This document shows positions 1 through 9,805 of a stretch of DNA of 64,000 nt, piece after piece. Numbering within the stretch: position 1 is the stretch's first letter; each line of letters starts with the position of its first letter. The stretch lies in NCBI GenBank assembly GCA_963820905.1, contig CAWGBU010000008.1, positions 467,543 through 531,542 on the forward strand. Reading direction: 5' to 3'. The notes under the pieces are model-generated. The model did not search any database. It saw only the letters and a list, made by a program, of their open reading frames with translations, and was not told where the DNA came from. The translations under genes and the position numbers were made by a program. The DNA comes from an uncultured Acidobacteriota bacterium. GTDB taxonomy: Bacteria > Acidobacteriota > Vicinamibacteria > Vicinamibacterales > 2-12-FULL-66-21.

Positions 1-572
1 GCGGGAGCGCCTACCAGAAGGCGATCTTCGCGGACTGGGGCAACAAGGAAGTGCTCGACCTGCTCGGCGCGATGGATCACGTCGAGAAGCTCAGCTTCGT
101 CGATCCCGATCGCCTCGGAATCGGCGGTTGGAGCTACGGAGGCATTCTCACGAACTACACGATCGCCACGGACAAGCGCTTCAAGGCGGCGACGAGCGGC
201 GCCGGCAGCTCGAACCAGATCACGATGTACGGCACCGATCAGTACATCCGGCAGTACGAGAACGAGCTCGGTCCGCCCTGGAAGACGCAGGACCTCTGGC
301 TGAAGGTCTCGTATCCCTTCTTCCACGCTGATCGGATCAGGACGCCGACGCTGTTCCTGTGCGGTGAGAGAGACTTCAACGTGCCGCTCGCCGGGAGCGA
401 GCAGATGTATCAGGCGCTGCGAAGCCTGGGCGTGCCGACCGAGCTCGTGATCTATCCCGACCAGCGCCACGGGATCATGATGCCGAGCTACCGGATCGAT
501 CGGCTCGAGCGCTACCTGGCCTGGTACGAGAAGTACCTCAAGCCCTCGGAGACCTCGGAAGCGCGGCGTTAG
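1..572 (+). CDS. S9-family serine peptidase (prolyl oligopeptidase / acylaminoacyl-peptidase type), C-terminal part; 5' end lies outside the window
   Basis: The frame is open from the window edge. It has the 'GIGGWSYGG' nucleophile elbow (GxSxG). 'GERDFNVP' and 'DQRHG' follow in the Ser-Asp-His order of alpha/beta hydrolases. Confidence 0.8.
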   Translation, partial: GSAYQKAIFADWGNKEVLDLLGAMDHVEKLSFVDPDRLGIGGWSYGGILTNYTIATDKRFKAATSGAGSSNQITMYGTDQYIRQYENELGPPWKTQDLWLKVSYPFFHADRIRTPTLFLCGERDFNVPLAGSEQMYQALRSLGVPTELVIYPDQRHGIMMPSYRIDRLERYLAWYEKYLKPSETSEARR

Positions 573-798
573 GTCATCCCTGCGACTCGTCGACGTTCGC
601 GCCGATTACGTCCTCGCAGATCGCCGTTCCGTCCTTCGGCAGTCCCTCGTCGTCCAGTCCGGATCCGTGCGGGTTGCCCTGCGGCGCGGAGTCCGGACGA
701 TCGCCTTCGACCGCTCCCTTTCCCGCGTCGGCGTCGGGCACGTCTTTCGGGTGTCGTGGTTCCGTCATGTGTTTCCTTGTGGCTATAATTGATCGGAT

Positions 799-1215
799 AT
801 GGAGACAACGTTTGCGATCATCAAGCCGGACGCCGTCAAGTCCGGGTTCACGGGAAAGATCATTCAGCGCATCGAAGAGGCAGGATTCCAGATTCGTGCC
901 ATGAGGCTCCGGCAGCTGACGCAGAAGGAGGCCGAGGGGTTCTACGCGGTGCACAGGGAGCGGCCGTTCTTTGCCAGCCTGACGGCGTTCATGTCGTCGG
1001 GACCGGTGGTCGTGCTGGCGCTGCAGGCGCCGGATGCCATCAAAAAGTGGCGGACGCTCATGGGCGCGACCGATCCCGGCAAGGCGGACGCCGGCACGCT
1101 GCGGAAGGAGTTCGGCAGCTCCATCGAGCACAACGCGACGCATGGGTCCGACGCGCCCGAGACGGCGGCATTCGAGCTCGGGTACTTCTTTCCTGGAATC
1201 GAGCTGGGCCGATAA
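799..1215 (+). CDS. ndk: nucleoside-diphosphate kinase
   Basis: 138 aa. Motifs '[10 protein letters not shown]', 'GPVVVLAL' and the 'NATHGSD' active-site His motif are present. Length and order are typical of Ndk. Confidence 0.95.
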   Translation: METTFAIIKPDAVKSGFTGKIIQRIEEAGFQIRAMRLRQLTQKEAEGFYAVHRERPFFASLTAFMSSGPVVVLALQAPDAIKKWRTLMGATDPGKADAGTLRKEFGSSIEHNATHGSDAPETAAFELGYFFPGIELGR

Positions 1216-1236
1216 TGTGAAAGCCAGGGTAGCCCG

Positions 1237-1431
1237 GTGGGCAGACTGCTCGTCGTCGCTGGTCTCGTGATGGCGGTGGTGGGCGTGATGGTGATGCTCG
1301 GCGTGCCGATTGGCCGGCTGCCGGGAGACTTCTCCTTCAAGCGCGGGAACGCGACGTTCTATTTTCCGCTCACGACCTCGATTCTCTTCAGCGTGCTGCT
1401 GACGTTGCTGATGGCGCTTCTGCGGCGATAA
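1237..1431 (+). CDS. small membrane protein, DUF2905-like
   Basis: 64 aa with two hydrophobic helices flanking 'GRLPGDFSFKRGNATFYFPL', a pattern I recognise from the DUF2905 family. Confidence 0.65.
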   Translation: MGRLLVVAGLVMAVVGVMVMLGVPIGRLPGDFSFKRGNATFYFPLTTSILFSVLLTLLMALLRR

Positions 1432-1441
1432 CGGAGGCTGA

Positions 1442-2212
1442 TTGTCGATCAAATCCGACCGGTGGATCAAGAAGATGGCGCTCGAGCACCGGATGATCGA
1501 GCCGTTCGAGGAGCGGCAGGTGCGGAACGGTGTCGTGTCGTTCGGCCTGTCTTCGTACGGCTATGACATCCGGGTCGCCGACGAGTTCAAGGTCTTCACC
1601 AACATCAACTCGACCGTCATCGATCCGAAGCAGTTCGATCCGCGCTCGTTCGTGGATCTCACGACCGACGTCTGCATCGTGCCGCCGAACTCGTTCGCGC
1701 TGGCGCGAACGGTCGAGTACTTCCGGATCCCGCGCGACGTGCTGACGGTCTGCCTGGGCAAGTCGACGTACGCGCGCTGCGGAATCATCGTGAACGTCAC
1801 GCCGTTCGAGCCGGAATGGGAAGGCACCGCCACGCTCGAGATCTCGAACACGACGCCGCTGCCGGCGAAGATCTACGCGAACGAGGGCATCGCCCAGGTG
1901 CTCTTCTTCCAGAGCGACGAGCCCTGCGAGATCTCGTACGGCGACAAGAAGGGCAAGTACCTCAAGCAGCAGGAAGTCACGCTGCCGAGGATCTCAGCCC
2001 GCGCCACGCCCCAGGCAATCACGACGGACGCCACCGCCGCCACGCCGACGACCCTTCCAGGGCCGTGGGCGAACACGACGGCGCCGTTGACGAACATGAA
2101 GAGGAAGAACAGGAGCAGGACGTTCGCGCGCAGCCTCGACCGGCTGGCCCGCCGTCCCGGCTGGCGCCACCACGCTCTGGCGTCCCACAGCCACAGCGCC
2201 AGGAACGCGTAG
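1442..2212 (+). CDS. dcd: dCTP deaminase with an unusual ~70-codon C-terminal run-on
   Basis: TTG start. 'SIKSDRWI', 'SSYGYDIRV', '[23 protein letters not shown]' and '[11 protein letters not shown]' match Dcd up to about residue 185 ('EVTLPRI'). The frame then continues as low-complexity sequence to the first stop at 2210-2212. Confidence 0.9.
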   Translation: MSIKSDRWIKKMALEHRMIEPFEERQVRNGVVSFGLSSYGYDIRVADEFKVFTNINSTVIDPKQFDPRSFVDLTTDVCIVPPNSFALARTVEYFRIPRDVLTVCLGKSTYARCGIIVNVTPFEPEWEGTATLEISNTTPLPAKIYANEGIAQVLFFQSDEPCEISYGDKKGKYLKQQEVTLPRISARATPQAITTDATAATPTTLPGPWANTTAPLTNMKRKNRSRTFARSLDRLARRPGWRHHALASHSHSARNA

Positions 2213-2466
2213 TTGACGTAGAGGCCTCCCCCCCAGTCGAGGCCGGTCGTCGCCAGCGTCTGCCGGCGGGTCGCCTCCAGCGCTGCCGCGTGGCTCCACT
2301 GATAGGTGAGGTGAAGCGCTGCCGCCGCGTGCGCGGCGGCGAGCGCGGCGCCGCATGTCCAGAGCGCCCTTGCCAGCTTCCACAGATCGGGACGCAGCAA
2401 CATGATGCACTCCGCGACGGCCCACACGATCGTGGCAGCGAGAATGGTGGCTCGTGTGATGGACAC
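1873..2466 (-). CDS. hypothetical integral membrane protein
   Basis: The start lies 10 nt after the Sir2 gene stop on the same strand. Hydrophobic helices include '[17 protein letters not shown]', '[17 protein letters not shown]' and '[16 protein letters not shown]'. The last ~40 codons are antisense to conserved dcd sequence. Confidence 0.5.
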   Translation of the reverse strand: MSITRATILAATIVWAVAECIMLLRPDLWKLARALWTCGAALAAAHAAAALHLTYQWSHAAALEATRRQTLATTGLDWGGGLYVNYAFLALWLWDARAWWRQPGRRASRSRLRANVLLLFFLFMFVNGAVVFAHGPGRVVGVAAVASVVIAWGVARAEILGSVTSCCLRYLPFLSPYEISQGSSLWKKSTWAMPSFA

Positions 2467-2475
2467 GGGAGAGGA

Positions 2476-3225
2476 TCAGCCGTCGATGGCCGGCAGCGCG
2501 TCCTCGGCGGGAAGAGCGAGCGCGAGATCGAGGTACGGCGCGCTTCCAGTGGGCTCGGGGTTGATCTCGACCGTGTAGGCGCCGCGCGATTTCGCGCGCG
2601 CGACGAGCCCCGCCGCGGGCTGCACGAGCGACGATGTGCCGATCGACAAGTAGACGTTGCACGCGGTTGCGTCGATGCACCGGTTGAGCACGTCCGCATC
2701 GATCGCCTCGCCGAACCACACGACCGCGGGCCGCGCGACGCCGCCGCACCCGGGACATTGCGGGGGCAGTGCGGGCAACGGCACGGCGCGATCCTCCCAG
2801 CTGTCCGGCCCTGTCCCGCACCCGAGCAGACACCGCATCCGCCAGATCGATCCGTGAAAGCGGACGACGCTCGTCGCGCCCGCGAGCTCGTGGAGCCCGT
2901 CGACGTTCTGCGTGATGAGCGTCACGCCGTTGCGCGCGCTCCATCGGGCGAGGACGTCGTGCGCCAGGTTCGGACGGCACTGGGCGAGGCGCGATCGGCG
3001 CCAGTCGTACCACTCCCAGACGAGCGCGGGATCGCGCTGAAAGGCCTCGGGGGTCGCGAGATCTTCCGCCCGGAACGATCGCCATAGGCCGCCCGTGCCG
3101 CGGAACGTGGGAACGCCGCTCGCCGCGGACACGCCGGCGCCGGTCAGGATCGTCACGCGATCGGCCGCGCGGATACGATCGCCCAGCGCGCGCAGGGTCC
3201 GCCGCGCGTCATCGTCGATGGTCAC
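2476..3225 (-). CDS. cobB: NAD-dependent protein deacetylase/deacylase, Sir2 family
   Basis: Motifs 'GAGVSAASGVPTFRG' and 'QNVDGLH' are present, with Zn-ribbon cysteines 'CLLGC...CPGC'. I chose the GTG at 3225, which overlaps the upstream stop as GTGA. The ORF track extends to 3339. Confidence 0.85.
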   Translation of the reverse strand: MTIDDDARRTLRALGDRIRAADRVTILTGAGVSAASGVPTFRGTGGLWRSFRAEDLATPEAFQRDPALVWEWYDWRRSRLAQCRPNLAHDVLARWSARNGVTLITQNVDGLHELAGATSVVRFHGSIWRMRCLLGCGTGPDSWEDRAVPLPALPPQCPGCGGVARPAVVWFGEAIDADVLNRCIDATACNVYLSIGTSSLVQPAAGLVARAKSRGAYTVEINPEPTGSAPYLDLALALPAEDALPAIDG

Positions 3226-5019
3226 GGCTGTTGGAGTCGCTGCTGCGCCTGGGCGACGCGGGCGTCGATGGCGGCTGACGATCCGGCAGGCACCAGCCGT
3301 TTGACGCTGTCGAGCGCTTCGACGTACCACTTGCGCCATGCTGCGGCGACGTCGGCTTCGAGGGCTTCCGCGTGCGCGCGATCCGCCGCCGCGGCGACGA
3401 TCGCGTCACCCTGTTTCTTTTCCAGCGCCAACCGCGCGTCGGCCGATGCCGAGAGCAGGTCGGCAACGGCCAGGGCATCCCGCTCGTCCGCTGACGCGAG
3501 GAACCAGGCCGCGGTCGCGATCGAGATCCCGACGTTCGTCATTTCGACCGGGCTCGTTTTGTCCGGGCGATCGAGGTTCGTGTGGTAGTAGCGATCGGTG
3601 AAGTGCCAGGCCAGGACGGATGGAATTCCGGCGCCGCCGAACGCGGTGTGATCGCTTCCGCCTTCGTAGGGGTTCGTCCTGACGCCCCATGGAGCGTCCT
3701 TCACCCGGCGCAGACAGATCGCAAGGAACACGTCGTTCAGCAGGCTGCCTTTGACCGCGTCCGCCGTCACGGATCCGGCTGCCCCATTCGGTGTGCGGAT
3801 CGGACGGCCGGTTCCAGACGGCGGACGGATCCGGCTGCTTTTCGATGAGAAAGGTGCCACCCGTTTTCGCCACGTCCTCTCCCGTCATGTCGAGTGAGAA
3901 CATGTACTGAACCTGCTTTGCCTGATCCGGATACGCCTTGATCCACTGCTGGCTCCCGCGCACTTCGTCGAGCCACATGAAGGTGAGCGTGCGTCCCGGC
4001 CGATCGAGCCCGCGCCCGCGCGCGGTGCCGACGAGAGCGCTCGCAATCGCCTGCAGCGTGCCGCTTCCGCTGCCGTTGTCGTTCGCGCCAGGCTCCTGGA
4101 CGTGGGCGACGAGCACGATCCGCTCGTCAGGCTTCACGGAGCCCGGAATTTCGGCAACGAGCGTCCGGTTCGGGCCCTCGTAGAACGACGAAGCGATCTC
4201 GACCCTCAGATCGACGGGGCCGTTCTTCAGGCGTTCGCGCATCCGCGCGGCGGCGCGCGCGCTCGCCTTGAAGCCGAAGGACTTCACCTCCGCGTCGTAC
4301 GGAATCGATCCCCACTGGAAGACATCGTGCTGATCGGGGGACGTGAACTGTTTGGGATCCGCCGGGCGGATGTACGGCGCGACCCGGGTCGAGATGATGC
4401 CCGCGGCGCCGCGCGCCTTGACGGCCTGCTGCCAGAGGCGGCCCGGGTCGGCGTCGCCGAGCACGACGGCGCCCTTCACGTCGACGTTCTCGTAGTCCTT
4501 CGGATCGCCGCCGCTCCCCACGTCCACGAGGCGCGCCGACAATCCTCCCTTCGGCGTGGAGAACGAGTTGATGCAGAGAGAGATGCGATCGCGGAGCCTG
4601 GACAGGATCACCTCTCCGTCCGCGAACGCGACGGTGCCGAGCTGGTAGTCCCAGCCGCGCGTCTGATCCGACTCGTCGACGCGCACGAACGGCCGGTTCT
4701 TTTCCGGCGAATCGGCGAATCCCGCCGCGAGCAGGCGCGCACGAATGTAGTCGAGCGAACTGTTGTAGCCGGGATTTCCCGCAAGCCGCCAGAACTGATC
4801 CATGTACCGCACTGTCTCGAGCGCGGCGAAGCCGTCGACGCGCTGGACCATGGCGCGATAGGCGCGCTCAGCCGACGGGGGCAGCGGAGTCGCGGGTGCT
4901 TGAAACCGTTGAGGCTCCTGCGCCGACGGTGTGGAGAGGACGGTCAGGGCCAGCGCAGCCAATCCGAGGCTGCGCGACGCCGTGCGTACGGCATGGGGCA
5001 GAAACCGCATGCGGACCAT
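3222..5019 (-). pseudogene. M28-family metallopeptidase (PA domain plus aminopeptidase domain) split by a frameshift near 3782-3785
   Basis: The N-terminal part (ORF 3406..5019) has a signal peptide and 'HVQEPGANDNGSGSG'. It reads sensibly up to '...DPHTEWG'. The C-terminal part (ORF 3222..3860) continues in the +1 frame from 'AAGSVTADAV...GGSDHTAFG...'. The junction lies at a C4/G4 run. Confidence 0.7.
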
Positions 5020-5047
5020 TGTATCGATTCACCGGCGCCGCCAGCAG

Positions 5048-5446
5048 TCAGCCACCCGATCGATCGGGGAAGACGAACGTCCGGCGCGCGCGATCGGAGG
5101 CAAGCGTGTCAGGACGGTAGTAGCGATCGAGCACGGACGGCCGCCAGGTCAGGAGATCCGGATTGCGTTCGGCGAACTGATCCCAGGTCTCGCCGATCTC
5201 GACGCCGTCCAGGCGTTCGTTGATCAGCAGAAGGAACGCGACCGTGATCGTCTCGTGGTAGAGCCCTGGCTTGCCGCGGGCGACCGCGAACCGTTTGAGC
5301 GAGCGGCTGAAGCGGTTCAGGGCGTCCGGCATCGGATGCTGCTTCAAGTACCACCACGCGACACGGACGTGCTCGCGATGGTGGAATCCCCCCGGCGGCT
5401 CTTCACCAGCCTCGAACAGTTCGACGAGCGTCCTGTCGTCCAGCAT
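5048..5446 (-). CDS. conserved hypothetical protein
   Basis: ATG at 5446 ('MLDDRTLVELFEAG...HETITVAFLLL...'), 132 aa. I recognise no motif. The ORF track extends to 5677, but that extension looks non-coding. Confidence 0.45.
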   Translation of the reverse strand: MLDDRTLVELFEAGEEPPGGFHHREHVRVAWWYLKQHPMPDALNRFSRSLKRFAVARGKPGLYHETITVAFLLLINERLDGVEIGETWDQFAERNPDLLTWRPSVLDRYYRPDTLASDRARRTFVFPDRSGG

Positions 5447-5451
5447 GTTCG

Positions 5452-5919
5452 TCAGGGAAGCGGCGCGTCCCGACGTCCGTTGAGCCAGTACTCGGCGATC
5501 GGGCCCGAGGTGTCGGCATTGCCATACCGCAGCCGCGTCAACAAGTCGTGCATGCGCGAGGCACCGATGCGCGGGGCGATCCGCTGAAAAAACCAGACGA
5601 CCGAGGGACGCATGGCCGTGACGACCGTGTGTTCCTGCTCCCATGCCGGCCGCCCGGCGTACTTCGTGCCGTCCCACCGTTCGACGTCACGCGCCGTGAC
5701 GATCCGTGTCTCGAGCGCGACGAGCGCGTGCGGAATCTTGAACGTGGACGCGGGCGAGAGGCGTGTGCCGCACGCCGTCTCGTCCGTCCGTGTCGTGCGT
5801 GCGTGCGCCACGTCGTGGATGACGACACATGACCGCATGTCGTCCTGTGGCGCCGGCTGTCCAGCCGGCCATGACGCGGCGAGCACCGCGACGATGACCC
5901 CGCAGCCGCCCGTCCTCAT
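5452..5919 (-). pseudogene. class D (OXA-like) beta-lactamase, C-terminally truncated
   Basis: Signal-like N-terminus, then 'STFK', 'SVV' (SxV), 'YGNADTSG' and 'YWLNG' in class D order. The stop comes directly after, before any KTG box. The ATG at 5919 overlaps the upstream stop as ATGA. Confidence 0.55.
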
Positions 5920-6263
5920 CCCCTGGGTTCGGCCTCGAAAAGCTGCCGCAGCTCGCATTCGCCGTCGCCGGCCGTGTGGAGGAACTGCCTGGTCATTTCG
6001 ATCGCTTCCTGCTTGGATTTCGCCTGCAGGATCGCCAGGCCGCCGATCACTTCTTTCGATTCGGTGAAGGGTCCGTCGGTCACGGAGATCTTGCCATCGG
6101 ACAGGCGGACGCGCGCGCCGGCCGCGCTGGGCATGCATCCCTCGACGGCAAGGAGGAAGCCGGCCTTCATGCCCTCCTCGACGAGCTTGCCCATCCTCGT
6201 CGTTTCTTCCGCTGACGGTGGAACCCCGCGCTCGGCCGTTTTGTAGACGCTCAGGAACTTCAT
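5916..6263 (-). CDS. YciI-like (YCII/DGPF domain) protein
   Basis: 115 aa. 'DGPFTESKEVIGG' and the overall length fit YCII-related domain proteins. Confidence 0.7.
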   Translation of the reverse strand: MKFLSVYKTAERGVPPSAEETTRMGKLVEEGMKAGFLLAVEGCMPSAAGARVRLSDGKISVTDGPFTESKEVIGGLAILQAKSKQEAIEMTRQFLHTAGDGECELRQLFEAEPRG

Positions 6264-6377
6264 GACGTGTCTCCTTGTTCAGTTTGTAGAGTTCAATCCC
6301 GCTTCTTGTCTACACGTCGAACGGAGACCGGCCGGATCGACACACTCCACGGTACTCACGAGAAAAAGTTAATTCGG

Positions 6378-7079
6378 TCATTTCATGGGCGTTATCCGAA
6401 GGTTGGCGAAGTCGCCGTCGCTGGTATTGCCGGTCCATAGCCCGATCGCCCCCCGGTCGTGCTTGCCGAGCTTTCGGACCTCGAGCGCAGGGGTCTTGAC
6501 CGGACCCACATGGATTTGGACCGTCTGGGCCTTTACCGTGACGCGCAGCGAGACCCAGTCGGTCGGGACAATGGACGCGTCAACCGGGTTTTCGAACTCC
6601 TCCGGAAACTCTTTGCGGAGGCGGGGCCAATCGAAGTCCGGCACGGCGATGTACTGGACGGCGTGCTGATGCCGGACCGGGTCGGTAGCCCGGAAATTGA
6701 AAGGACGCAGGTAGACACCTTCGTACGTGTTGTCGTCGGTCCTGTGGAAGGCTATCCCGAGGAAGCTTCTCTGCATGACGTCGCGTCCGCGCACGTCGAC
6801 TTCGATCGTCCCTTCGGCGAAGTCAGTGCCTTCGACCCAGACGATGCCGTTTCCTTCGCGTTCCGACACGTGGATAGCGTCCTCACGTCCCTGGACCCTG
6901 GTCACCTCGCGATTGACCGCTCTGAGCTTGCCCGCGGTCAGGCGTTCGCCGAGGTCGATCCGCTCGGTGGTACCGGATTGCGCCGCTATAACAGCTGGCG
7001 CCTTTGGGGTCGACGGAGCGGCCGCCAGGCCGCAGGCGATCAGCGTCACGGCGATGAACGGCGTCGCTGCATGCTGCAT
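6378..7079 (-). CDS. secreted hypothetical protein, possibly a concanavalin/LamG-like (DUF1080-type) fold
   Basis: Start chosen at 'MQHAATPFIAVTLIACGLAA' (signal or lipoprotein-like). The sequence is beta-rich. The fold assignment is a guess. Confidence 0.45.
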   Translation of the reverse strand: MQHAATPFIAVTLIACGLAAAPSTPKAPAVIAAQSGTTERIDLGERLTAGKLRAVNREVTRVQGREDAIHVSEREGNGIVWVEGTDFAEGTIEVDVRGRDVMQRSFLGIAFHRTDDNTYEGVYLRPFNFRATDPVRHQHAVQYIAVPDFDWPRLRKEFPEEFENPVDASIVPTDWVSLRVTVKAQTVQIHVGPVKTPALEVRKLGKHDRGAIGLWTGNTSDGDFANLRITPMK

Positions 7080-7236
7080 GGAACCTCCTGAACAGTCGGT
7101 CGACGATTCCTGCACGGCCCGTCTGCCTCGTCAATGGTAGCGTGGAGGGCAAAAAGCCGATTGATCCATCCTATACGTATGCTCGACGCTGTTAGGATCC
7201 GTTGCGGCGCTGAGAGCGAACTGGTGAGAGCTCGAG

Positions 7237-8100
7237 ATGAAGGTCCATTTTTGCGTCGTGCCGTACGACTCGGCGATTCGAGGCTGGAGGATGGGCGCAG
7301 GCCCTGAGCATCTGCTCGCGAACGGGCTCGAGGGGCATCTCCTTCGTCAGGGCCACACGGTCACGACGTCGATCATCTCGACCTCTGGGGGACCGAGGCC
7401 GGAAATCGGCACGGCGTTCGAGCTGATGGGTCTCGTGTCAGTCGACGTGCGGACGGCGATTGGTGATGCCCGGTTCCCGATCGTGTTGAGCGGCAATTGC
7501 GGCACGGCGTCCGGCACGCTTGCCGGGTTGACGCCCTCGAGACGCGCGGTGTTGTGGTTCGACGCGCACGGAGACGCGAACACCCCGGACACGACGATCA
7601 CGGGCTTCGTCGACGGAACCGCGCTCGCGACCGCGCTCGGGTGGTGCTGGCACGGTCTGGCGGACCGCATCCCCGGATTCGAGCCGGTCGACGCGTCCGC
7701 CGTGCGGTTGATCGGGACGCGGGACCTGGATTCGGACGAAGCTGCGCTGCTCGACCGCGCCGCCGTCCGGCGAATTTCGCCGGCCGAACTGCGAGGTTCC
7801 GCGCTGGACGACGCGCTTGCCAGCCTGCCGAAGGGGCTGCAGGCGTACGTCCACTGCGATCTCGACGTGCTCGATCCGGACGAGGGACAGGCGAACGTGT
7901 TTCCGGTTCCTGGCGGGCTCGACGTCGAGACGCTCGTGCAGGCGATTGGGAAGATCGGCAGCGCGCTGCCGATTGCCGCGGCGGCCGTGACCGCGTATGC
8001 GCCGGAGTACGACGGCGACGGACGAATCTGCCGGGCCGCGTTCCGCGCCATCGACGCGATCCTGGCCGCGGCCGATTCACCGCGCCAGGATCGCTCCTGA
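7237..8100 (+). CDS. arginase/agmatinase/formiminoglutamase-family hydrolase, divergent
   Basis: 'WFDAHGDANTP' (DAHxD) and 'HCDLDVLDP' (DxDxxDP) are present. The usual 'GGDHS' position reads 'SGNCG'. Confidence 0.75.
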   Translation: MKVHFCVVPYDSAIRGWRMGAGPEHLLANGLEGHLLRQGHTVTTSIISTSGGPRPEIGTAFELMGLVSVDVRTAIGDARFPIVLSGNCGTASGTLAGLTPSRRAVLWFDAHGDANTPDTTITGFVDGTALATALGWCWHGLADRIPGFEPVDASAVRLIGTRDLDSDEAALLDRAAVRRISPAELRGSALDDALASLPKGLQAYVHCDLDVLDPDEGQANVFPVPGGLDVETLVQAIGKIGSALPIAAAAVTAYAPEYDGDGRICRAAFRAIDAILAAADSPRQDRS

Positions 8101-8197
8101 TTCGATCGTCCTGCGGTTGCGGGGGCGTGGCAACGAGCCTTTCAGCCGCTCTCGGGAGTCACATTCGGGCCGGTCGCCACGCCGACGGTCGATTCGA

Positions 8198-9502
8198 CTA
8201 CCTGCTCGTCACGACCGCGTACTCGATCCGACGATTCTGGAATCGGCCGTACTCGGTATCGTTCGAGACGCGCGGCCTGGCATCTCCGTAGCCTTTCGTC
8301 GTGATCATGGAAGCGGAGACGCCGGCGTTGACGAGGGCGCTCCTCACGGCGTCCGCACGCGCCTGAGAGAGTGCCAGATTCGCGGCAGAATCTCCGGTGT
8401 TGTCCGTGTGTCCTCCGATTTCGATGGTCGAGCCGGCCGGTGCCCGCTTCATGGCTTCGGCCGACTTCCGGATGATCTCCATGTTGTCTGCGGGGATGTC
8501 GGCGCTGCCGCTCGAGAAGTTGATGACCGCCAGGTTCATGGCTCGCACGATCGCGTCCGAAGACACTCCCGACGTACCGATGGCGCCGAGAGCCGAGAGC
8601 GCCTTGTCGTTGGCGGCCCGAACGGCAGTGAGCGCGGCGTCCCCCAGCGATCCCACGGTCGCCTGCGGACCGAAGATGCCGAGCAGCTTGTCGCTGAGCG
8701 CCTGGCGATCGGCGGCGGACAGCCATCCGCCGAGACTCACGTTGTTCCCGTTCACATTGAACTCGACCCCCGGCGTTCTCAAAGCCGCGGCGAGCTCGTT
8801 GAGACGCGGGAGCCACGCGGCCTGCCGCACGTTGCGATCGACGCGCAGCGTGCCCTCGACGTTTGCGTCGCCGAACGTCGTGCGCAGCGCGCTGACGATC
8901 GCGTTCTGGGTGGACTCGTCGCGGACGACGCCGGAGTAGGTGATCTTGCCGTCGCGGTTGCTGACCGTGAGCTGCGGATCGATCGTGCCGGCAGCCGGCC
9001 GCAGCCAGAGGAACGCGGCGATCGCCAGCGCAGCCACCGCAGCCCACCCGAGCCAGCGCGGCACTCCCGCGGAGGGGGCCGCGTGCCTGACGGTCGAGAT
9101 CGCCGGTCCGGCAACATACGGGGACACCTGGGAGCGGAGCGCGCCGGCGGAGCCGAACGCGCCGCTGGGCGTCAACCGGCCGATCACCTTCGGCAACAGG
9201 AAGGACAGCGCAGACGTCACGACGCCTCGCGTGAGCCCGCTCGACCCGGCGAGTTTGTCGAGTGCGGTCGCGCCGAGCGCGGACTCGACGTGCGCGGGCG
9301 AGATCGTCCGGCCTTCCTTGCCGCCGAACCAAGAAGTGACGACATCGCCGAGACCCGCGCGCCGGAACTGATCCACGAATCCTTCAGCGCCTCCGGTCCG
9401 CTCGTTCGTGATCATCGACAGAAGTTCACCGACGAGGGCCGAGACGCTTCCCGCGGACAGGTTGAAGCGCGTCGCCGTTTCGTTGATGAGTTGCTCGAAC
9501 AT
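8198..9502 (-). CDS. OmpA-family protein with an N-terminal DUF937-like region
   Basis: The ATG at 9502 is preceded by 'aaggagg'. The N-terminus 'MFEQLINETATRFNLS...' is DUF937/YidB-like. The C-terminus 'GHTDNTGDSAANLALSQARADAV...NRRIE' is an OmpA_C peptidoglycan-binding domain. Confidence 0.8.
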   Translation of the reverse strand: MFEQLINETATRFNLSAGSVSALVGELLSMITNERTGGAEGFVDQFRRAGLGDVVTSWFGGKEGRTISPAHVESALGATALDKLAGSSGLTRGVVTSALSFLLPKVIGRLTPSGAFGSAGALRSQVSPYVAGPAISTVRHAAPSAGVPRWLGWAAVAALAIAAFLWLRPAAGTIDPQLTVSNRDGKITYSGVVRDESTQNAIVSALRTTFGDANVEGTLRVDRNVRQAAWLPRLNELAAALRTPGVEFNVNGNNVSLGGWLSAADRQALSDKLLGIFGPQATVGSLGDAALTAVRAANDKALSALGAIGTSGVSSDAIVRAMNLAVINFSSGSADIPADNMEIIRKSAEAMKRAPAGSTIEIGGHTDNTGDSAANLALSQARADAVRSALVNAGVSASMITTKGYGDARPRVSNDTEYGRFQNRRIEYAVVTSR

Positions 9503-9805
9503 AGAACCTCCTTGCCGACCCATCCGCCTTCGACCTCAGGCACAGACGGAAGCCTCAATGCGGACGACACCGCGGAAGATCTCCGGGATACCGTGAGAGG
9601 CAACCGGGTTTCGTAACCCATCGACCGGGCCTCGGTCGCGGCTGCGCTGAAAGTCGGTCATTCTTGAACGGCAGCCGTTGAGCTTGGCGAGAGAGCGCAA
9701 GACGTACGGGATGGACAGCGAGATCGCTGCCAGCGCGAGGCTGACTGGAGGACGAGGGGGTGCGGAGCGATCCTACCGATCCGATCGCGGATTCGCGGGG
9801 CGCGG

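Noticed and set aside
574-1470. 298-aa minus-strand ORF over ndk and the DUF2905 gene
   Set aside because: It is antisense to two genes with clear identities. Its composition is His/Arg/Gln-rich low complexity.
7997-9616. 539-aa plus-strand ORF (and 8142..9332 minus, 396 aa) over the OmpA-family gene
   Set aside because: Only the 8198..9502 minus frame yields recognisable domains (DUF937-like, OmpA_C). The others are compositional shadows.
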